Shown: positions 18,259 to 28,830 of the stretch, in pieces
How the letters are laid out: each line of letters starts with the position of its first letter
How positions within the stretch are numbered: position 1 is the stretch's first letter
Assembly (NCBI GenBank): GCA_024408075.1
Contig: JAKSVK010000004.1
Span: forward strand, 10,222-74,221
Source of the DNA: Bacilli bacterium
Lineage (GTDB): Bacteria > Bacillota_I > Bacilli_A > RFN20 > CAG-826
Reading direction: 5' to 3'
DNA: 64,000 nucleotides
Notes under the pieces: model-generated
Told to the model about the DNA's origin: nothing
Database searches by the model: none
The model's input: the letters and a program-made list of their open reading frames with translations, nothing else
Position numbers and translations under genes: made by a program

Positions 18259-18642
18259 TTACTCAACCCAGGAGACTAAGACAACTGGAGCATCATCTCC
18301 ACGACGATTTTCTAATTTTAATCTACGGGTATATCCACCTTTACGGTCTTTCATTTTAGGACCAATTTCAGTGAATAATTTAGCAAGTGACTCATCACTT
18401 CTAAGAGTTCTCATTGCACTTCTTTTTGCGTTAAGAACATCTTCTTTTTTAGTAAGAGTAACTAACTTATCTGCTTCTTTGACAAGATCTCTAGCAACAG
18501 CTTCAGTGACTTTAACACTTCCGCACATTACTAAATCTGTAACAACATTACGAAGCATATTTTCATATTTTGATTTGGTATAAGCGGCTTTAAATCTAAC
18601 GCCGGTTTTACCATGTACATTTTTTCTACCTTGTGCTGGCAT
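18259..18642 (-). CDS. rplQ: 50S ribosomal protein L17
   Basis: 127 aa, last gene after rpoA, with typical L17 sequence (GRKNVHGKTG..., RGDDAPVV). Confidence 0.95.
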   Translation of the reverse strand: MPAQGRKNVHGKTGVRFKAAYTKSKYENMLRNVVTDLVMCGSVKVTEAVARDLVKEADKLVTLTKKEDVLNAKRSAMRTLRSDESLAKLFTEIGPKMKDRKGGYTRRLKLENRRGDDAPVVLVSWVE

Positions 18643-18659
18643 ATAAATTTAACTCCTTA

Positions 18660-19625
18660 TTATTCAAAATCTCTGAATGATAAGCCAAGTTCAGCAAGTT
18701 TCTCTTTAATTTCTTTAAGAGATTTCTTACCAAGATTTTTGACTTTCATCATTTCTTCTTCACTCTTCTCTGTAATTTCCATTACAGTGCCGATTTGAGC
18801 TCTCTTTAAGCAGTTATAACTTCTAACTGATAAGTCGAGATCTTCGATAGTGATATTTTCGAATTTGTTTTCTTCTTCAACAACTTCCTCTTTTTCAATG
18901 TTGATATCTTGAGCGATTTCAGCAAGATTAGAGAATTTATTTAAGTGTTCAACTAAGAGTTTACTAGCCCAAACAACTGCTTCTTGTGGAAGAAGTGAGC
19001 CATTTGTCCAAACTTCTAATGTAAGTTTTTCGAAATTAGAATCGTGTCCAACACGGGTGTTGTCAACGATGTAATTTGCTTTTTTAACTGGAGAATAGTT
19101 ACTATCTGTAGCAATAATTCCAGTTGGGAAATTTGGATGCAAAACTTTATTTTGTTCACCAGTTACATAACCTCTACCATTACGAGCATATAAAGTCATA
19201 TGGAGTTTGCCACCTTCAGTAACGTGAGCGATGACAACATCTTTATTAATAACTTCACAGCCTGTAGGACAGATAATATCTGCGCCTGTAACTGTCTTAG
19301 CTTCTTCTACATTAATTTCAAGATGAACTGTTCCTTCTTCTTCTTCATCAATTTTTAAGACTAAATCTTTTAAATTAAGGATAATAGAAGTAACATCTTC
19401 TTCAATGCCTTGAAGAGCTGAGAATTCGTGTTGTGCTCCTTCAACTTGAATAGCATAAATGCTACTACCTGGAAGAGCTGAGAGTAATACTCTACGAAGA
19501 GCATTACCAAGAGTTAGTCCGAAGCCTCTTTCAAGTGGTTCGATAACGAAACGACCATAATTTTCGTTTGTATCAAAATCAGCTTGAGTAACTCCAAATC
19601 TTTCAAAAGCGTTTGCTAGCTTCAT
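18660..19625 (-). CDS. rpoA: DNA-directed RNA polymerase alpha subunit
   Basis: 321 aa. It has an N-terminal domain (GRFVIEPLERGFGLTLGNALRRVLLS) and a C-terminal domain (LDLSVRSYNCLKRA). Confidence 0.96.
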   Translation of the reverse strand: MKLANAFERFGVTQADFDTNENYGRFVIEPLERGFGLTLGNALRRVLLSALPGSSIYAIQVEGAQHEFSALQGIEEDVTSIILNLKDLVLKIDEEEEGTVHLEINVEEAKTVTGADIICPTGCEVINKDVVIAHVTEGGKLHMTLYARNGRGYVTGEQNKVLHPNFPTGIIATDSNYSPVKKANYIVDNTRVGHDSNFEKLTLEVWTNGSLLPQEAVVWASKLLVEHLNKFSNLAEIAQDINIEKEEVVEEENKFENITIEDLDLSVRSYNCLKRAQIGTVMEITEKSEEEMMKVKNLGKKSLKEIKEKLAELGLSFRDFE

Positions 19626-19640
19626 ACTTTTTCCTCCTTA

Positions 19641-20024
19641 TTAACCACGTGGACGTTTTGGTGGACGGCAGCCATTATGTGGGATTGGTGTAGTATCAAC
19701 GATACTTAAAACTTGTAATCCTGCAACAGCTAAAGAACGGATTGCTCCTTCTCTACCAGGTCCTGGACCTTTAACATCGACATCAACTTGTCTAATACCT
19801 TGTTCATAAGCACTCTTAGCAGCAGCTTCTGCAGCTTGTTGAGCAGCAAATGGAGTAGATTTCTTAGCGCCTTTATAACCTAAAGCACCAGCACTGCTCC
19901 ATGCAATTGCATTACCTTGAGCGTCTGTAATTGTAACGATTGTGTTATTGAAAGTTGAGTGAATGTGAGCAACGCCTTTGGTAAAGGAACGTTTGACTTT
20001 TTTCTTACGTGCAACATTAGCCAT
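19641..20024 (-). CDS. rpsK: 30S ribosomal protein S11
   Basis: 127 aa, with canonical S11 sequence and operon position. Confidence 0.96.
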   Translation of the reverse strand: MANVARKKKVKRSFTKGVAHIHSTFNNTIVTITDAQGNAIAWSSAGALGYKGAKKSTPFAAQQAAEAAAKSAYEQGIRQVDVDVKGPGPGREGAIRSLAVAGLQVLSIVDTTPIPHNGCRPPKRPRG

Positions 20025-20042
20025 AATACATTTCTCCTTTCA

Positions 20043-20420
20043 TTAACCTTGTGTAGCGACTTTCTTATTAGCAATGGTCTTACGTGGACCTTTACGTGTT
20101 CTTGCATTAGTTTTGGTTCTTTGTCCACGGACAGGTAAACCTTTCTTATGTCTTTGACCACGATAACAGCCAATTTCTGTGAGTCGTTTAATGTTTAAGG
20201 CAACTTCTCTTCTGAGATCACCTTCTACTTTGTTTTTTGCAAGTTCATTTCTGATTGCATTCATTTGATCATCACTAAGATCTTTAACTCTAATAGTTGG
20301 ATCAACTTTTGCGTTTTTGCAGATTCTTGCTGCAAGAGTTCTACCAATACCATAAATATAGGTAAGGGAAGTACCAACTTGCTTGTCGTTTGGAATATCA
20401 ACACCAACAATACGTGCCAT
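20043..20420 (-). CDS. rpsM: 30S ribosomal protein S13
   Basis: 125 aa, starting [13 protein letters not shown]. Confidence 0.96.
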   Translation of the reverse strand: MARIVGVDIPNDKQVGTSLTYIYGIGRTLAARICKNAKVDPTIRVKDLSDDQMNAIRNELAKNKVEGDLRREVALNIKRLTEIGCYRGQRHKKGLPVRGQRTKTNARTRKGPRKTIANKKVATQG

Positions 20421-20440
20421 AATATTCTATCCTCCTAAAA

Positions 20441-20554
20441 TCAACCTTGTCTTTGCTTGTGCTTTGGATCGCTACAAATGACCATGACTTTGCCATGTCT
20501 TTTGATAACTTTGCACTTTGAGCAAATAGGTTTTACTGAAGGTCTGACTTTCAT
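20441..20554 (-). CDS. rpmJ: 50S ribosomal protein L36 (zinc-ribbon type)
   Basis: Not in the ORF track because it is under 60 aa. The reverse strand translates to [37 protein letters not shown] with a TGA stop. It has an AGGAGGAAAG Shine-Dalgarno sequence upstream and lies between infA and rpsM. Confidence 0.93.
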   Translation of the reverse strand: MKVRPSVKPICSKCKVIKRHGKVMVICSDPKHKQRQG

Positions 20555-20589
20555 AATTTCTTTCCTCCTAAATAGTTTTTCTCTAGGTT

Positions 20590-20808
20590 CTATTTAAACC
20601 TGAATGTTATTCGGCCCCGTGTTAAATCATAAGGCGAGATTTCTACGGTAACTTTATCACCTGGAAGAATGCGAATGTAATTCATTCGGATTTTACCAGA
20701 AACGGTAGCCAAGATTACCACGTCGTTTTCAAGTTTAACTCTAAACATTGCGTTAGGTAGAGTTTCAACAACGACCGCCTGTACTTCGATGACATCTGCT
20801 TTAGACAT
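20590..20808 (-). CDS. infA: Translation initiation factor IF-1
   Basis: 72-aa S1-like fold sequence ([16 protein letters not shown]...). Confidence 0.95.
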   Translation of the reverse strand: MSKADVIEVQAVVVETLPNAMFRVKLENDVVILATVSGKIRMNYIRILPGDKVTVEISPYDLTRGRITFRFK

Positions 20809-21598
20809 TAATTATTTTCTCCTCTTTAAGATCGTCTTCACTTTGTCCAGTTAGTTTAGTTAAGATTTCATATCCGTCTTTAGTGACTGCAATACTATTT
20901 TCATAGTGTGCACCATTTTTTCCGTCTTTCATCTTAACTGTCCACTCATCATTTAGAACTCGCGTGTTATGCTTTCCTTTTGCCACCATTGGCTCGATAG
21001 CTAAGCACATTCCTTCCATTAAGATAGGGCCAGTTCCAGCTTTCCCGTAATTAGGAATGCTAGGGTCTTCATGAAGATGAGCTCCAACTCCATGCCCCGT
21101 ATAATCTCGAGGTAAGGAGTATCCGTTTTTTTCGTTATATTGTTGAATTTTCGCGGAGATATCACCTAGATGAACTCCTGGAGTAATAAGTTTCACTGCT
21201 TCGAAGAAGGAATTTCTAGTAGAAAGAATTAAATCAATATCTTCTTTTTTTCCTACTCCAACAAGATAACTTCTTGCTGCATCTCCAACATAACCTTGAT
21301 AAGTCGCACCGACATCAAGAGATACGAGGTCACCATCTTTTAAAATAATTTTATTAGAAGGGATCCCGTGGATAAGCGTGTCATTTACGCTGATACAAAT
21401 ACTACCAGGAAATCCACCATATCCTTTGAATGTTGGAATCGCCCCATGACTTCTAATTACTTCTTCTGCCTTTTGATCAAGTTCTAGAGTAGTAACCCCA
21501 GCTTTTAACATAGGCTTAAGAGCTTCGAAGACACAAGCAACAATGTTGCCGGCTTTTCTCATCAATTCAATTTCTCTTGCTGACTTAACGATTATCAT
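20801..21598 (-). CDS. map: Type I methionine aminopeptidase
   Basis: 265 aa with MetAP metal-ligand context ([30 protein letters not shown]). Confidence 0.93.
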   Translation of the reverse strand: MIIVKSAREIELMRKAGNIVACVFEALKPMLKAGVTTLELDQKAEEVIRSHGAIPTFKGYGGFPGSICISVNDTLIHGIPSNKIILKDGDLVSLDVGATYQGYVGDAARSYLVGVGKKEDIDLILSTRNSFFEAVKLITPGVHLGDISAKIQQYNEKNGYSLPRDYTGHGVGAHLHEDPSIPNYGKAGTGPILMEGMCLAIEPMVAKGKHNTRVLNDEWTVKMKDGKNGAHYENSIAVTKDGYEILTKLTGQSEDDLKEEKIINV

Positions 21599-21600
21599 AA

Positions 21601-22251
21601 TTATTTGTCCAAATACTTTTTAACTGTCTCGAACAATGCTTCTTTACCAACTAATGAATCAAATGAGCTAAGTAAGTTAAGCTTTTCATAGAATTCAAGT
21701 AAAGGTTTGGTTTCAGCAACATAATGCCCTAAGCGTACCTTTAACGCTTCTTCATTGTCATCTTTTCTTTGATAGAGTTCTCCACCACATAAGTCGCAAA
21801 CTCCTTCAACTTTTGGTTTCATAGTTTCGACGTGGTAAGGTGCTCCACAGTTACGACATACTCTTCTGCCAGAAATTCTTCTAACAAGTTCAGCATTATC
21901 GCATTCGAGGTTGATGACTACCTCTATATCACGAGAGATTTCTTTACTCATTTCTTGTAGGGCAACAGCTTGAGGTAAAGTTCTAGGGAAACCGTCTAAT
22001 AAAAATCCATTAGCGCAGTCACTCTTAGAGAGTCTCTCTTTTACTAAGCCAATAGTTACTTCATCTGGAACTAAATCTCCGTGATTAATATAACTAGCAG
22101 CAAGTAAACCTAATTTGGTACCTTCTTTAATAGCTTCTCTAAACATATCTCCAGTAGAAATATGAACGAGGTTTAAAGATTCTTTTAATTGTTTGGCAAG
22201 TGTACCTTTGCCAGCGCCTGGAGGGCCCATTAAAATGATATTTCTTTTCAT
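21601..22251 (-). CDS. adk: Adenylate kinase (Zn-lid type)
   Basis: P-loop GPPGAGKGT and lid CRNCGAPYH...CDLCGGEL. Confidence 0.95.
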   Translation of the reverse strand: MKRNIILMGPPGAGKGTLAKQLKESLNLVHISTGDMFREAIKEGTKLGLLAASYINHGDLVPDEVTIGLVKERLSKSDCANGFLLDGFPRTLPQAVALQEMSKEISRDIEVVINLECDNAELVRRISGRRVCRNCGAPYHVETMKPKVEGVCDLCGGELYQRKDDNEEALKVRLGHYVAETKPLLEFYEKLNLLSSFDSLVGKEALFETVKKYLDK

Positions 22252-22253
22252 TT

Positions 22254-23603
22254 TTATCTTCCTCCACCGGCAACAACTTCATCAAATGATTTACCAGCAA
22301 GTAAACCGTCGATTTGGTTGTTAAGTTCAAGGCAGACACCGACAACGATGATCATTCCAGTACCACCTAAAACAAGTGAATTATCTTGACCGAACACACC
22401 ACTTAATGTGAGAACACTTGGTAAAGCAGCAATAAGAGCTAATGCAAGTGCACCAATGCAAGTGACACGATTTAAGACTTTACGAATATATCTTTCAGTC
22501 TCAATACCTGGTTTAATTCCAGGAATATAGCTTCCGTTTTTCTGGAAGTTTTCTGCAAGCTGTGCAGGGTCAATTTGTAAATTTGCATAGAAGAAGGTGA
22601 ATGCGATAGTTAAGACTATATAAATAATTAGTCCCCAAGGCATTGACCAGCCTCCCATGTCATACATCTCACTAGTGGAGAAGATCTTTAGCCACTTTGC
22701 TTCACTTCCAGAATTGCTAACGAATGTTGCAATAATAGAAGGTGCCATTAATAATGAGCTAGCAAAGATGACTGGGATAACTCCAGCACTATTGATTTTA
22801 ATAGGCAAGAAGCTTGCTCTTGCCATTGATGGAGTTTGGCCTCCACCTTTTCCACTGTGTTGAACAGGGATTTTTCTTTGTGAAAGTTCAATAAATGTAA
22901 CGAAGGCAATAATAATAACAAACGATACGATATATAAGATGAACTTAAATACGCCCGATATAACCATATTTTCAGGGTGTCCTGAAGTATTGGAAATATA
23001 TTTATTAAATGCTCCGACGATTTGGGTTGGTAATGAGCAGACGATACCAGCAAAGATGATCATAGAGATACCATTGCCAATACCTGTAACTGAGATCTTA
23101 TCACCAAGCCACATAACAAGCATTGATCCAGCAAGAAGAACCACAATGATGTAAACATAAGTGAGCCAGTTACCGTTTAAGTTAAGGCTAACATCAGGGG
23201 TATTTTCAATTGTTTTGATAATACCATATGCTTGAACCGCACCTAAGAGTAATGTTAAGTAACGGGTCGCATATTCCATTTTTCTTCTTCCGTATTGTCC
23301 TTGACGTCTAAGTTCACTTAATGCAGGAAGTACGTCCGTTGATAATAATTGGACGATAATTTGTGCAGTAATGTAAGGTGAAACGCCAAGAGCGAAGATG
23401 GAGAATGTTTGAAGCGTTCCTCCACCCAAGAGATTCATAATAGATAAGGCACTTCCAGAGTTGAGATATTCCTCAAGTCCAGTAGGATCAACTCCTGGAA
23501 CTGTTATCTGTGCTCCGATACGGAAGATAAATAAGATCAAGACCGTAAACAAAATACGGTTCATGATTTCTTTATTCTTGAGAATCTGAGCAATCTTTTT
23601 CAT
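22254..23603 (-). CDS. secY: Preprotein translocase subunit SecY
   Basis: 449 aa, 10-TM pattern, in the spc operon position. Confidence 0.95.
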   Translation of the reverse strand: MKKIAQILKNKEIMNRILFTVLILFIFRIGAQITVPGVDPTGLEEYLNSGSALSIMNLLGGGTLQTFSIFALGVSPYITAQIIVQLLSTDVLPALSELRRQGQYGRRKMEYATRYLTLLLGAVQAYGIIKTIENTPDVSLNLNGNWLTYVYIIVVLLAGSMLVMWLGDKISVTGIGNGISMIIFAGIVCSLPTQIVGAFNKYISNTSGHPENMVISGVFKFILYIVSFVIIIAFVTFIELSQRKIPVQHSGKGGGQTPSMARASFLPIKINSAGVIPVIFASSLLMAPSIIATFVSNSGSEAKWLKIFSTSEMYDMGGWSMPWGLIIYIVLTIAFTFFYANLQIDPAQLAENFQKNGSYIPGIKPGIETERYIRKVLNRVTCIGALALALIAALPSVLTLSGVFGQDNSLVLGGTGMIIVVGVCLELNNQIDGLLAGKSFDEVVAGGGR

Positions 23604-24043
23604 TAGATTACCTCAACTTTGCCACCAGCGGCAGTGATAGCCTTTTCAGCACTTGCAGAGAATTTATTAGCTTTAACTGTAAGTTTAACTTCTAATTTTC
23701 CTCCACCTAAAACCTTAAGACCATCATATTCTTTTGTTAATACACCAGCTTCTTTTAATGTAGTAGCGTCAACAACACTACCTTCTTTAAATTTAGCTAA
23801 GTCAGAGAGATTGATAACTGCGTATTTGACGCGGTTAACATTTTTAAATCCTCTTTTTGGAAGTCTTCTCCATAAAGGCATTTGACCACCTTCAAAGCCA
23901 AGAGCGACACCTCCGCCACTACGAGCGTTTTGTCCTTTATGACCTTTACCAGCAGTTTTGCCGTTTCCAGAGCCGATTCCTCTACCCTTACGGTAGTGTT
24001 CTCTACGAGAACCTTCTGTAGTTTGAAGTTCGTTTAATTTCAT
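23603..24043 (-). CDS. rplO: 50S ribosomal protein L15
   Basis: 146 aa with a Gly/Lys-rich N-terminus ([19 protein letters not shown]). Confidence 0.95.
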   Translation of the reverse strand: MKLNELQTTEGSRREHYRKGRGIGSGNGKTAGKGHKGQNARSGGGVALGFEGGQMPLWRRLPKRGFKNVNRVKYAVINLSDLAKFKEGSVVDATTLKEAGVLTKEYDGLKVLGGGKLEVKLTVKANKFSASAEKAITAAGGKVEVI

Positions 24044-24058
24044 TACTTTTTCCTCCTA

Positions 24059-24688
24059 CTACTCATTTCCACGTAAAGCTCTAACAGCTTTATAACTCTT
24101 TAATGATTCTAAGCCTTGGTTAGTTGCTCTAATAATGTTAATTGGAGCACGACTTCCATAGACTTTAGAACAAACGTTTTGTACACCTGCGAGTTCTAGA
24201 ATAGCTCTAACTGGTCCACCAGCGATAATTCCAGTACCATCAGGAGCAGGTTTTAAGTAAACATTACATGCACCAAATTTACCAACTACTTCGTGAGAAA
24301 TAGTATTTCCTTTGACTAAATGAATGTTATAAAGTTTCTTTCTTGCAGCTTCGCTTGCTTTTTTGATAGCATCTGGGACTTCGGCAGCTTTACTTAAAGC
24401 AAATCCATAATGTCCTTTATGATCTCCAACAACAACTAAAGCTGTGAATTTCATTCTACGTCCACCTTTGACGGTTTTACTAACACGGTTAATAAAGACA
24501 ACTCTTTCTTCCATGCCATCGTCGTGGGCTTCACGCTTTTCTTCTTTACGGCGATCTGGACGGCCTTTGCCATTACGATCACCATGAGGTCTTTTTTCAC
24601 CTCTATTAGCTTTTTCTTCTTTAGGAGCTTCAGCTTGGTTAACTTCTTCTACTTTTTCAGTAGCAACAGTCTTTTCTTCTTCTAACAT
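24059..24688 (-). CDS. rpsE: 30S ribosomal protein S5 with a ~45-aa charged N-terminal extension
   Basis: 209 aa. The conserved core starts near [18 protein letters not shown]. The preceding ~55 residues are E/K/R-rich. Confidence 0.93.
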   Translation of the reverse strand: MLEEEKTVATEKVEEVNQAEAPKEEKANRGEKRPHGDRNGKGRPDRRKEEKREAHDDGMEERVVFINRVSKTVKGGRRMKFTALVVVGDHKGHYGFALSKAAEVPDAIKKASEAARKKLYNIHLVKGNTISHEVVGKFGACNVYLKPAPDGTGIIAGGPVRAILELAGVQNVCSKVYGSRAPINIIRATNQGLESLKSYKAVRALRGNE

Positions 24689-24698
24689 AACTTACCTC

Positions 24699-25055
24699 CT
24701 AGAATTTTAAGCCAGCTTCTCTAGCGGCTTCTGCTAATGCTTTAACACGTCCGTGATAAATATATCCAGAACGGTCGAAGACTACTTTGCTAATTTTCTT
24801 AGCTTTTGCTTTTGCTGCAATATCTGCTCCAACTTTCTTAGCAGCTTCAACATTGCTACCATTTTCAAGTTTAAGAGACATTGAGCTTGAAGCAACTAAT
24901 GTGACTCTTTTAACGTCATCAATAATTTGAGCTTCAATGTTTTTATTAGAACGGTAGACACATAATCTTGGACATTTAGCATCGCCTGAAATTTTACTTC
25001 TCACACGAGCATGTCTACGAATTCTTGAAACGTTTTTACTTTCTTTAGAAATCAT
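24699..25055 (-). CDS. rplR: 50S ribosomal protein L18
   Basis: 118 aa, with canonical sequence and position. Confidence 0.95.
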   Translation of the reverse strand: MISKESKNVSRIRRHARVRSKISGDAKCPRLCVYRSNKNIEAQIIDDVKRVTLVASSSMSLKLENGSNVEAAKKVGADIAAKAKAKKISKVVFDRSGYIYHGRVKALAEAAREAGLKF

Positions 25056-25072
25056 AATTTAGTCCTACCTTC

Positions 25073-25624
25073 CTATTTCTTAGCACCAGCTGCAGCACGT
25101 TTACCTTCTTTTGTAGCAACGTATTCATCAACATAACGAATACCTTTACCAAGGTAAGGTTCTGGACGTCTTACTTCTCTAATACGAGCAGCAGTTTGTC
25201 CAACAGCTTGTTTATCAATTCCTTCACAAACGATTTCTGTAGGGCTTGGAAGAGAAATTTTAACGCCTTCATTAGGAGTAATAACTACTGTATGACTATA
25301 TCCAGCCCAAAGTTCAACGCTTGTACCTTTCATTTGAGCTTTAAATCCAATACCTCTCATTTCAAGTTTCTTGGAATAACCTTTACTAACTCCAACTACT
25401 GCGTTAGCAATGTTAGCACGAGTTGTGCCGTGATTTTGTTTTGTTTGTTTTTCTTCGTTACTTCTCTTACAAATAACTGTATTGCCTTCAACAGCAACTG
25501 TAATATTACTATTAATTGCAACACTTAAATTACCTTTAGGACCAGTAACTTTAACTGTATTACCTTCAACAGCAACACTTACGCCTTCAGGAAGAATGAT
25601 GTGTTTATTTCCAATTCTTGACAT
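25073..25624 (-). CDS. rplF: 50S ribosomal protein L6
   Basis: 183 aa, starting MSRIGNKHIILPEGV. Confidence 0.95.
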   Translation of the reverse strand: MSRIGNKHIILPEGVSVAVEGNTVKVTGPKGNLSVAINSNITVAVEGNTVICKRSNEEKQTKQNHGTTRANIANAVVGVSKGYSKKLEMRGIGFKAQMKGTSVELWAGYSHTVVITPNEGVKISLPSPTEIVCEGIDKQAVGQTAARIREVRRPEPYLGKGIRYVDEYVATKEGKRAAAGAKK

Positions 25625-25635
25625 AAACTATCCTC

Positions 25636-26028
25636 CTACCAAACATAAGCGATAACTTCGCCACCAATACCAAGAGTTCTTGCTTTAGCATCAGTCATAA
25701 CACCTTGTGAAGTAGAAATGACAGCGATACCTAAACCTTTTAAAACTCTAGGAAGTTTTTCACAACCAACAGTAACACGTAATCCTGGTTTAGAAATTTT
25801 CTTTAATCCAGAAATAACGCGAGTACCATCACTTGCGTATTTTAAGGTAACAGTTAATTCTTTTTTAGTTGCACCTTTAACTTTATAGTCAACGATGAAA
25901 CCTTCTTCTTTTAAAATCTTTGCGATTTCAACCTTCATCTTGCTAGAAGGCATTTTGACTGTGTCATACTTAAGAGCATTAGCATTTCTAATTCTAGTAA
26001 GCATATCCGCAATTGGATCTGTTAACAT
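25636..26028 (-). CDS. rpsH: 30S ribosomal protein S8
   Basis: 130 aa, starting [16 protein letters not shown]. Confidence 0.96.
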   Translation of the reverse strand: MLTDPIADMLTRIRNANALKYDTVKMPSSKMKVEIAKILKEEGFIVDYKVKGATKKELTVTLKYASDGTRVISGLKKISKPGLRVTVGCEKLPRVLKGLGIAVISTSQGVMTDAKARTLGIGGEVIAYVW

Positions 26029-26045
26029 ATCTTTTTACCCTCCTA

Positions 26046-26231
26046 TTACCAAGATGATTTCTTCATGCCTGGAATTTCACCTTTGTAAGCTAACTCACGA
26101 AGGCAGATTCTGCATAAATGAAATTTTGAATAGACAGCATGAGGACGTCCACAACGTTCACAACGTGTATATTCTCTAACTTTGAATTTTTTAGGTCTAG
26201 CACAGCGGACCTTAGCACTTGTTTTTGCCAT
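26046..26231 (-). CDS. rpsZ: 30S ribosomal protein S14 type Z (zinc-binding)
   Basis: 61 aa with CERCGRP...CRIC. Confidence 0.95.
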   Translation of the reverse strand: MAKTSAKVRCARPKKFKVREYTRCERCGRPHAVYSKFHLCRICLRELAYKGEIPGMKKSSW

Positions 26232-26245
26232 GAATGAACTCCTTT

Positions 26246-26923
26246 CTATCTATGGAATGGCATACCCAATAAATCAAGTAATGTGTATGCTTCTTCGTCT
26301 GTTTTTGCGGTAGTGACAATAACAATGTCCATACCTCTTACCTTACCCACTTTATCATAATCGATTTCTGGGAAGATTAATTGTTCTTTAATACCGAGGG
26401 TATAATTTCCTCTGCCATCAAAGGCATTCTTACTTACACCACGGAAGTCTCTAACTCTAGGAAGAGCGATGGAAACTAGCTTATCAAGGAAGTCCCACAT
26501 TCTAATTCCGCGGAGAGTGACTTTACAACCAATTGCTTGGCCTTCTCTAAGTTTGAATGAAGCAACTGATTTCTTAGCTCTTGTAACAACTGGTTTTTGT
26601 CCAGTAATTTGAGCAAGTTCAGCAACTGCTTCATCAAGTCTTTTTGCATCGACTGTTGCATCACCAACACCAATGTTGATAACAATTTTTTCAATGCCTG
26701 GGATTTGCATCACTGATTGATATTTATATTTTTCAAGTAATGCTTGTCTAACTTCGCCTTGATACTTATCTCTAATTCTAGAAGGTATTGCAGCGACCTT
26801 GTTTCCCTTTTTAGCTTTAGGAGCAGCTTTAGGGGCTTCTACTTTTTCAGCTTTAGGTGCAGCTTTAGCTGCTGCTGGCTTACTTGCAGGCTTTTTAGCT
26901 GCAGGTTTCTTTGTTTCTGCCAT
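26246..26923 (-). CDS. rplE: 50S ribosomal protein L5 with a ~45-aa Lys/Ala/Pro-rich N-terminal extension
   Basis: I place the start at the ATG at 26921-26923 ([24 protein letters not shown]...), which has an AAGGAGGA Shine-Dalgarno sequence. The longer track ORF overlaps rplX. The core begins near [11 protein letters not shown]. Confidence 0.92.
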   Translation of the reverse strand: MAETKKPAAKKPASKPAAAKAAPKAEKVEAPKAAPKAKKGNKVAAIPSRIRDKYQGEVRQALLEKYKYQSVMQIPGIEKIVINIGVGDATVDAKRLDEAVAELAQITGQKPVVTRAKKSVASFKLREGQAIGCKVTLRGIRMWDFLDKLVSIALPRVRDFRGVSKNAFDGRGNYTLGIKEQLIFPEIDYDKVGKVRGMDIVIVTTAKTDEEAYTLLDLLGMPFHR

Positions 26924-26936
26924 TATTGCTTCCTCC

Positions 26937-27242
26937 TTATAACTCAGTGCCGCTAGCTTTAGCGACTCTGACTTTCTTTCCTTTAACAACTTTATGACCA
27001 ATACGAGTTGGTTTCTTTGTTTTAGGATCAACTAACATAACGTTACTAGCATCAATTGGAGCATAGATTTCAACGACGCTACCTTCTGGGTTATTTTGAG
27101 TTGGTTTTTTGTTTTTCTTACGGAGATTGACACCTTCGACAACGACACGGTTAGTTCTTGGATCAACTTTTTGAATTGCACCAGTCTTACCTTTGTCTTT
27201 ACCAGCGATGACAATGACTTTATCACCTTTTCTTAAGTCCAT
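26937..27242 (-). CDS. rplX: 50S ribosomal protein L24
   Basis: 101 aa with a KOW motif ([15 protein letters not shown]). Confidence 0.95.
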   Translation of the reverse strand: MDLRKGDKVIVIAGKDKGKTGAIQKVDPRTNRVVVEGVNLRKKNKKPTQNNPEGSVVEIYAPIDASNVMLVDPKTKKPTRIGHKVVKGKKVRVAKASGTEL

Positions 27243-27254
27243 GGTATTTCCTCC

Positions 27255-27632
27255 TTATAACACTTCTGGAGCAAGGGAGACAATTTTCATGAATCCATCA
27301 ACTCCTGAATCACGTAATTCTCTGGCAACTGGGCCAAATACACGTGTGCCTACAGGCGCATTATCATCATTAATAATAACGACTGCATTATCATCAAAGG
27401 CGATAGTTGAACCATCAGCTCTTTGTGTTGGCTTTTTGCATCTTACGATGACGCATCTAACAATGTCACCTTTTTTAACTTTTCCGTTAGGAAGAGCTTC
27501 TTTAACTGAACATTGAATGATGTCACCAATGTAAGAAGTTTTTCTTTTACTTCCACCGTAGAGAGTAAATGCACGAACTTTACGAGCACCACTGTTATCT
27601 GCGACAACAAGGTTTGTTTCCTTTTGTATCAT
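27255..27632 (-). CDS. rplN: 50S ribosomal protein L14
   Basis: 125 aa, starting [19 protein letters not shown]. Confidence 0.96.
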   Translation of the reverse strand: MIQKETNLVVADNSGARKVRAFTLYGGSKRKTSYIGDIIQCSVKEALPNGKVKKGDIVRCVIVRCKKPTQRADGSTIAFDDNAVVIINDDNAPVGTRVFGPVARELRDSGVDGFMKIVSLAPEVL

Positions 27633-27633
27633 A

Positions 27634-28200
27634 TTATTCGGCCTCCTTTTTTACGGTCTTTTTTGCTGCTGGCTTTTTAGCTGCAGGTTTTTTTGCTGCA
27701 GGTTTAGCTTCTTTTTCTTCTTTCTCTGCAACAGGTTTCTTAGCTGGGGCTTTTTTAGCAGCTGGCTTTTTAGCAGCTGGCTTTTTAGCTGGGGCTTCGA
27801 CTGCTGGAGCAGCAACTTCTTTTTCTTCTACTGGTTTTGCTTCTTCTGCTTTTGGAGCTTCTTTTACTTCTTCAGCTTTTGGAGCTTCAACTTCACCAGT
27901 TAAGATTTCTTCTTTAAGTTCTGCTTCAGCTTCCTTAATGGAGAGTTCAGCAGTCTTATCGATACTGACGAGTCTATAACGTTTAAGTGCAGAAAGTTTT
28001 CTACATTCCATAATGGTGACTACATCACCAACTTTGGCTTCGTTTTTCTCATCGTGTGCGTAGTATTTCTTTCTATACTTAACGCGTTTTCCATATTTCA
28101 TATGTCTCTTGTGAGTTTCAACAAGGACAACGATGGTCTTATCGTTTTTGTTATTAACAACAACACCTTGAATGGAACGTCTTAAATTTCTTTCTTCCAT
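27634..28200 (-). CDS. rpsQ: 30S ribosomal protein S17 with a ~100-aa C-terminal low-complexity extension
   Basis: 188 aa, compared with ~85 aa for typical S17. The core is residues ~1-85. The tail is [19 protein letters not shown]...[19 protein letters not shown]...[16 protein letters not shown]. Confidence 0.93.
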   Translation of the reverse strand: MEERNLRRSIQGVVVNNKNDKTIVVLVETHKRHMKYGKRVKYRKKYYAHDEKNEAKVGDVVTIMECRKLSALKRYRLVSIDKTAELSIKEAEAELKEEILTGEVEAPKAEEVKEAPKAEEAKPVEEKEVAAPAVEAPAKKPAAKKPAAKKAPAKKPVAEKEEKEAKPAAKKPAAKKPAAKKTVKKEAE

Positions 28201-28211
28201 AATTGTTCTCC

Positions 28212-28418
28212 TTATTTATTTTCACTGAGTTCTCTTTCACGGAGAACCATGTTAACACGAGCGATATCTCTACGAACTGTAATGACATCTTCGCCTCTTT
28301 CGAGTGTACCGACAGCTTTCTTACGTCTTAACTCGAATAATTGTTCTTTCAAGGAGTAGAGCTTTTCTTTAAGATCACTCGTTGATAATTCACGAACTTC
28401 TGAAATTTTCATAGCCAC
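28212..28418 (-). CDS. rpmC: 50S ribosomal protein L29
   Basis: 68 aa, identified by position and sequence. Confidence 0.93.
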   Translation of the reverse strand: MAMKISEVRELSTSDLKEKLYSLKEQLFELRRKKAVGTLERGEDVITVRRDIARVNMVLRERELSENK

Positions 28419-28828
28419 TATTCTCCTTTCTTGACGACTTTACATTTGATAGGGAGTTTATAAGCACTAAGTCTTAATGCTTCCATTGCCATTTCTGGTT
28501 CAACTCCACCGATTTCAAACATGACGCAGCCTTGTTTAACGACTGCTACCCAGTCTTCTGGTGATCCTTTTCCGGAACCCATACGAACTTCGGCCGGTTT
28601 TTTAGTTTTTGCTAAGTGAGGGAAAATTCTGATCCAAATTTGTCCACCACGTTTTGTGTATCTACTAAGTACGATACGAGCTGCTTCGATTTGACGAGTA
28701 GTGATCCATGCACCTTCAAGGGCTTTTAAACCATATTCACCAAATGAGACTTCTGTACCACCTTTTGCTGGTCCTTCATATCTGAGAATATGTGGACGGC
28801 GGTATTTTGTACGTTTTGGTTGTAACAT
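28418..28828 (-). CDS. rplP: 50S ribosomal protein L16
   Basis: 136 aa, starting [11 protein letters not shown]. Confidence 0.96.
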   Translation of the reverse strand: MLQPKRTKYRRPHILRYEGPAKGGTEVSFGEYGLKALEGAWITTRQIEAARIVLSRYTKRGGQIWIRIFPHLAKTKKPAEVRMGSGKGSPEDWVAVVKQGCVMFEIGGVEPEMAMEALRLSAYKLPIKCKVVKKGE

Positions 28829-28830
28829 TA

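Noticed and set aside
19880-20173. Nested or alternative-frame ORFs inside conserved genes (for example 19880-20173, 22748-23053, 31888-32109, 56091-56327)
   Set aside because: They are fully embedded in strongly supported ribosomal, secY or gdhA reading frames, have no Shine-Dalgarno sequences, and show biased composition. I treat them as frame artefacts.
27660-27800. Periodic DNA repeats (GCTGGCTTTTTAGCAGCTGG...) that could look like a repeat array
   Set aside because: They lie inside the rpsQ reading frame and encode AKKPAAKK peptide repeats. There are no unique spacers and no leader, so this is not a CRISPR or other non-coding array.
27569-27979. 136-aa + strand ORF (Ala/Gly/Phe-rich). 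Similar antisense ORFs occur at 26744-26956 and 29861-30211.
   Set aside because: They lie antisense to the low-complexity tails of S17, L5 and L22. The open frames are a by-product of the repetitive GCN/AAR codons on the other strand.
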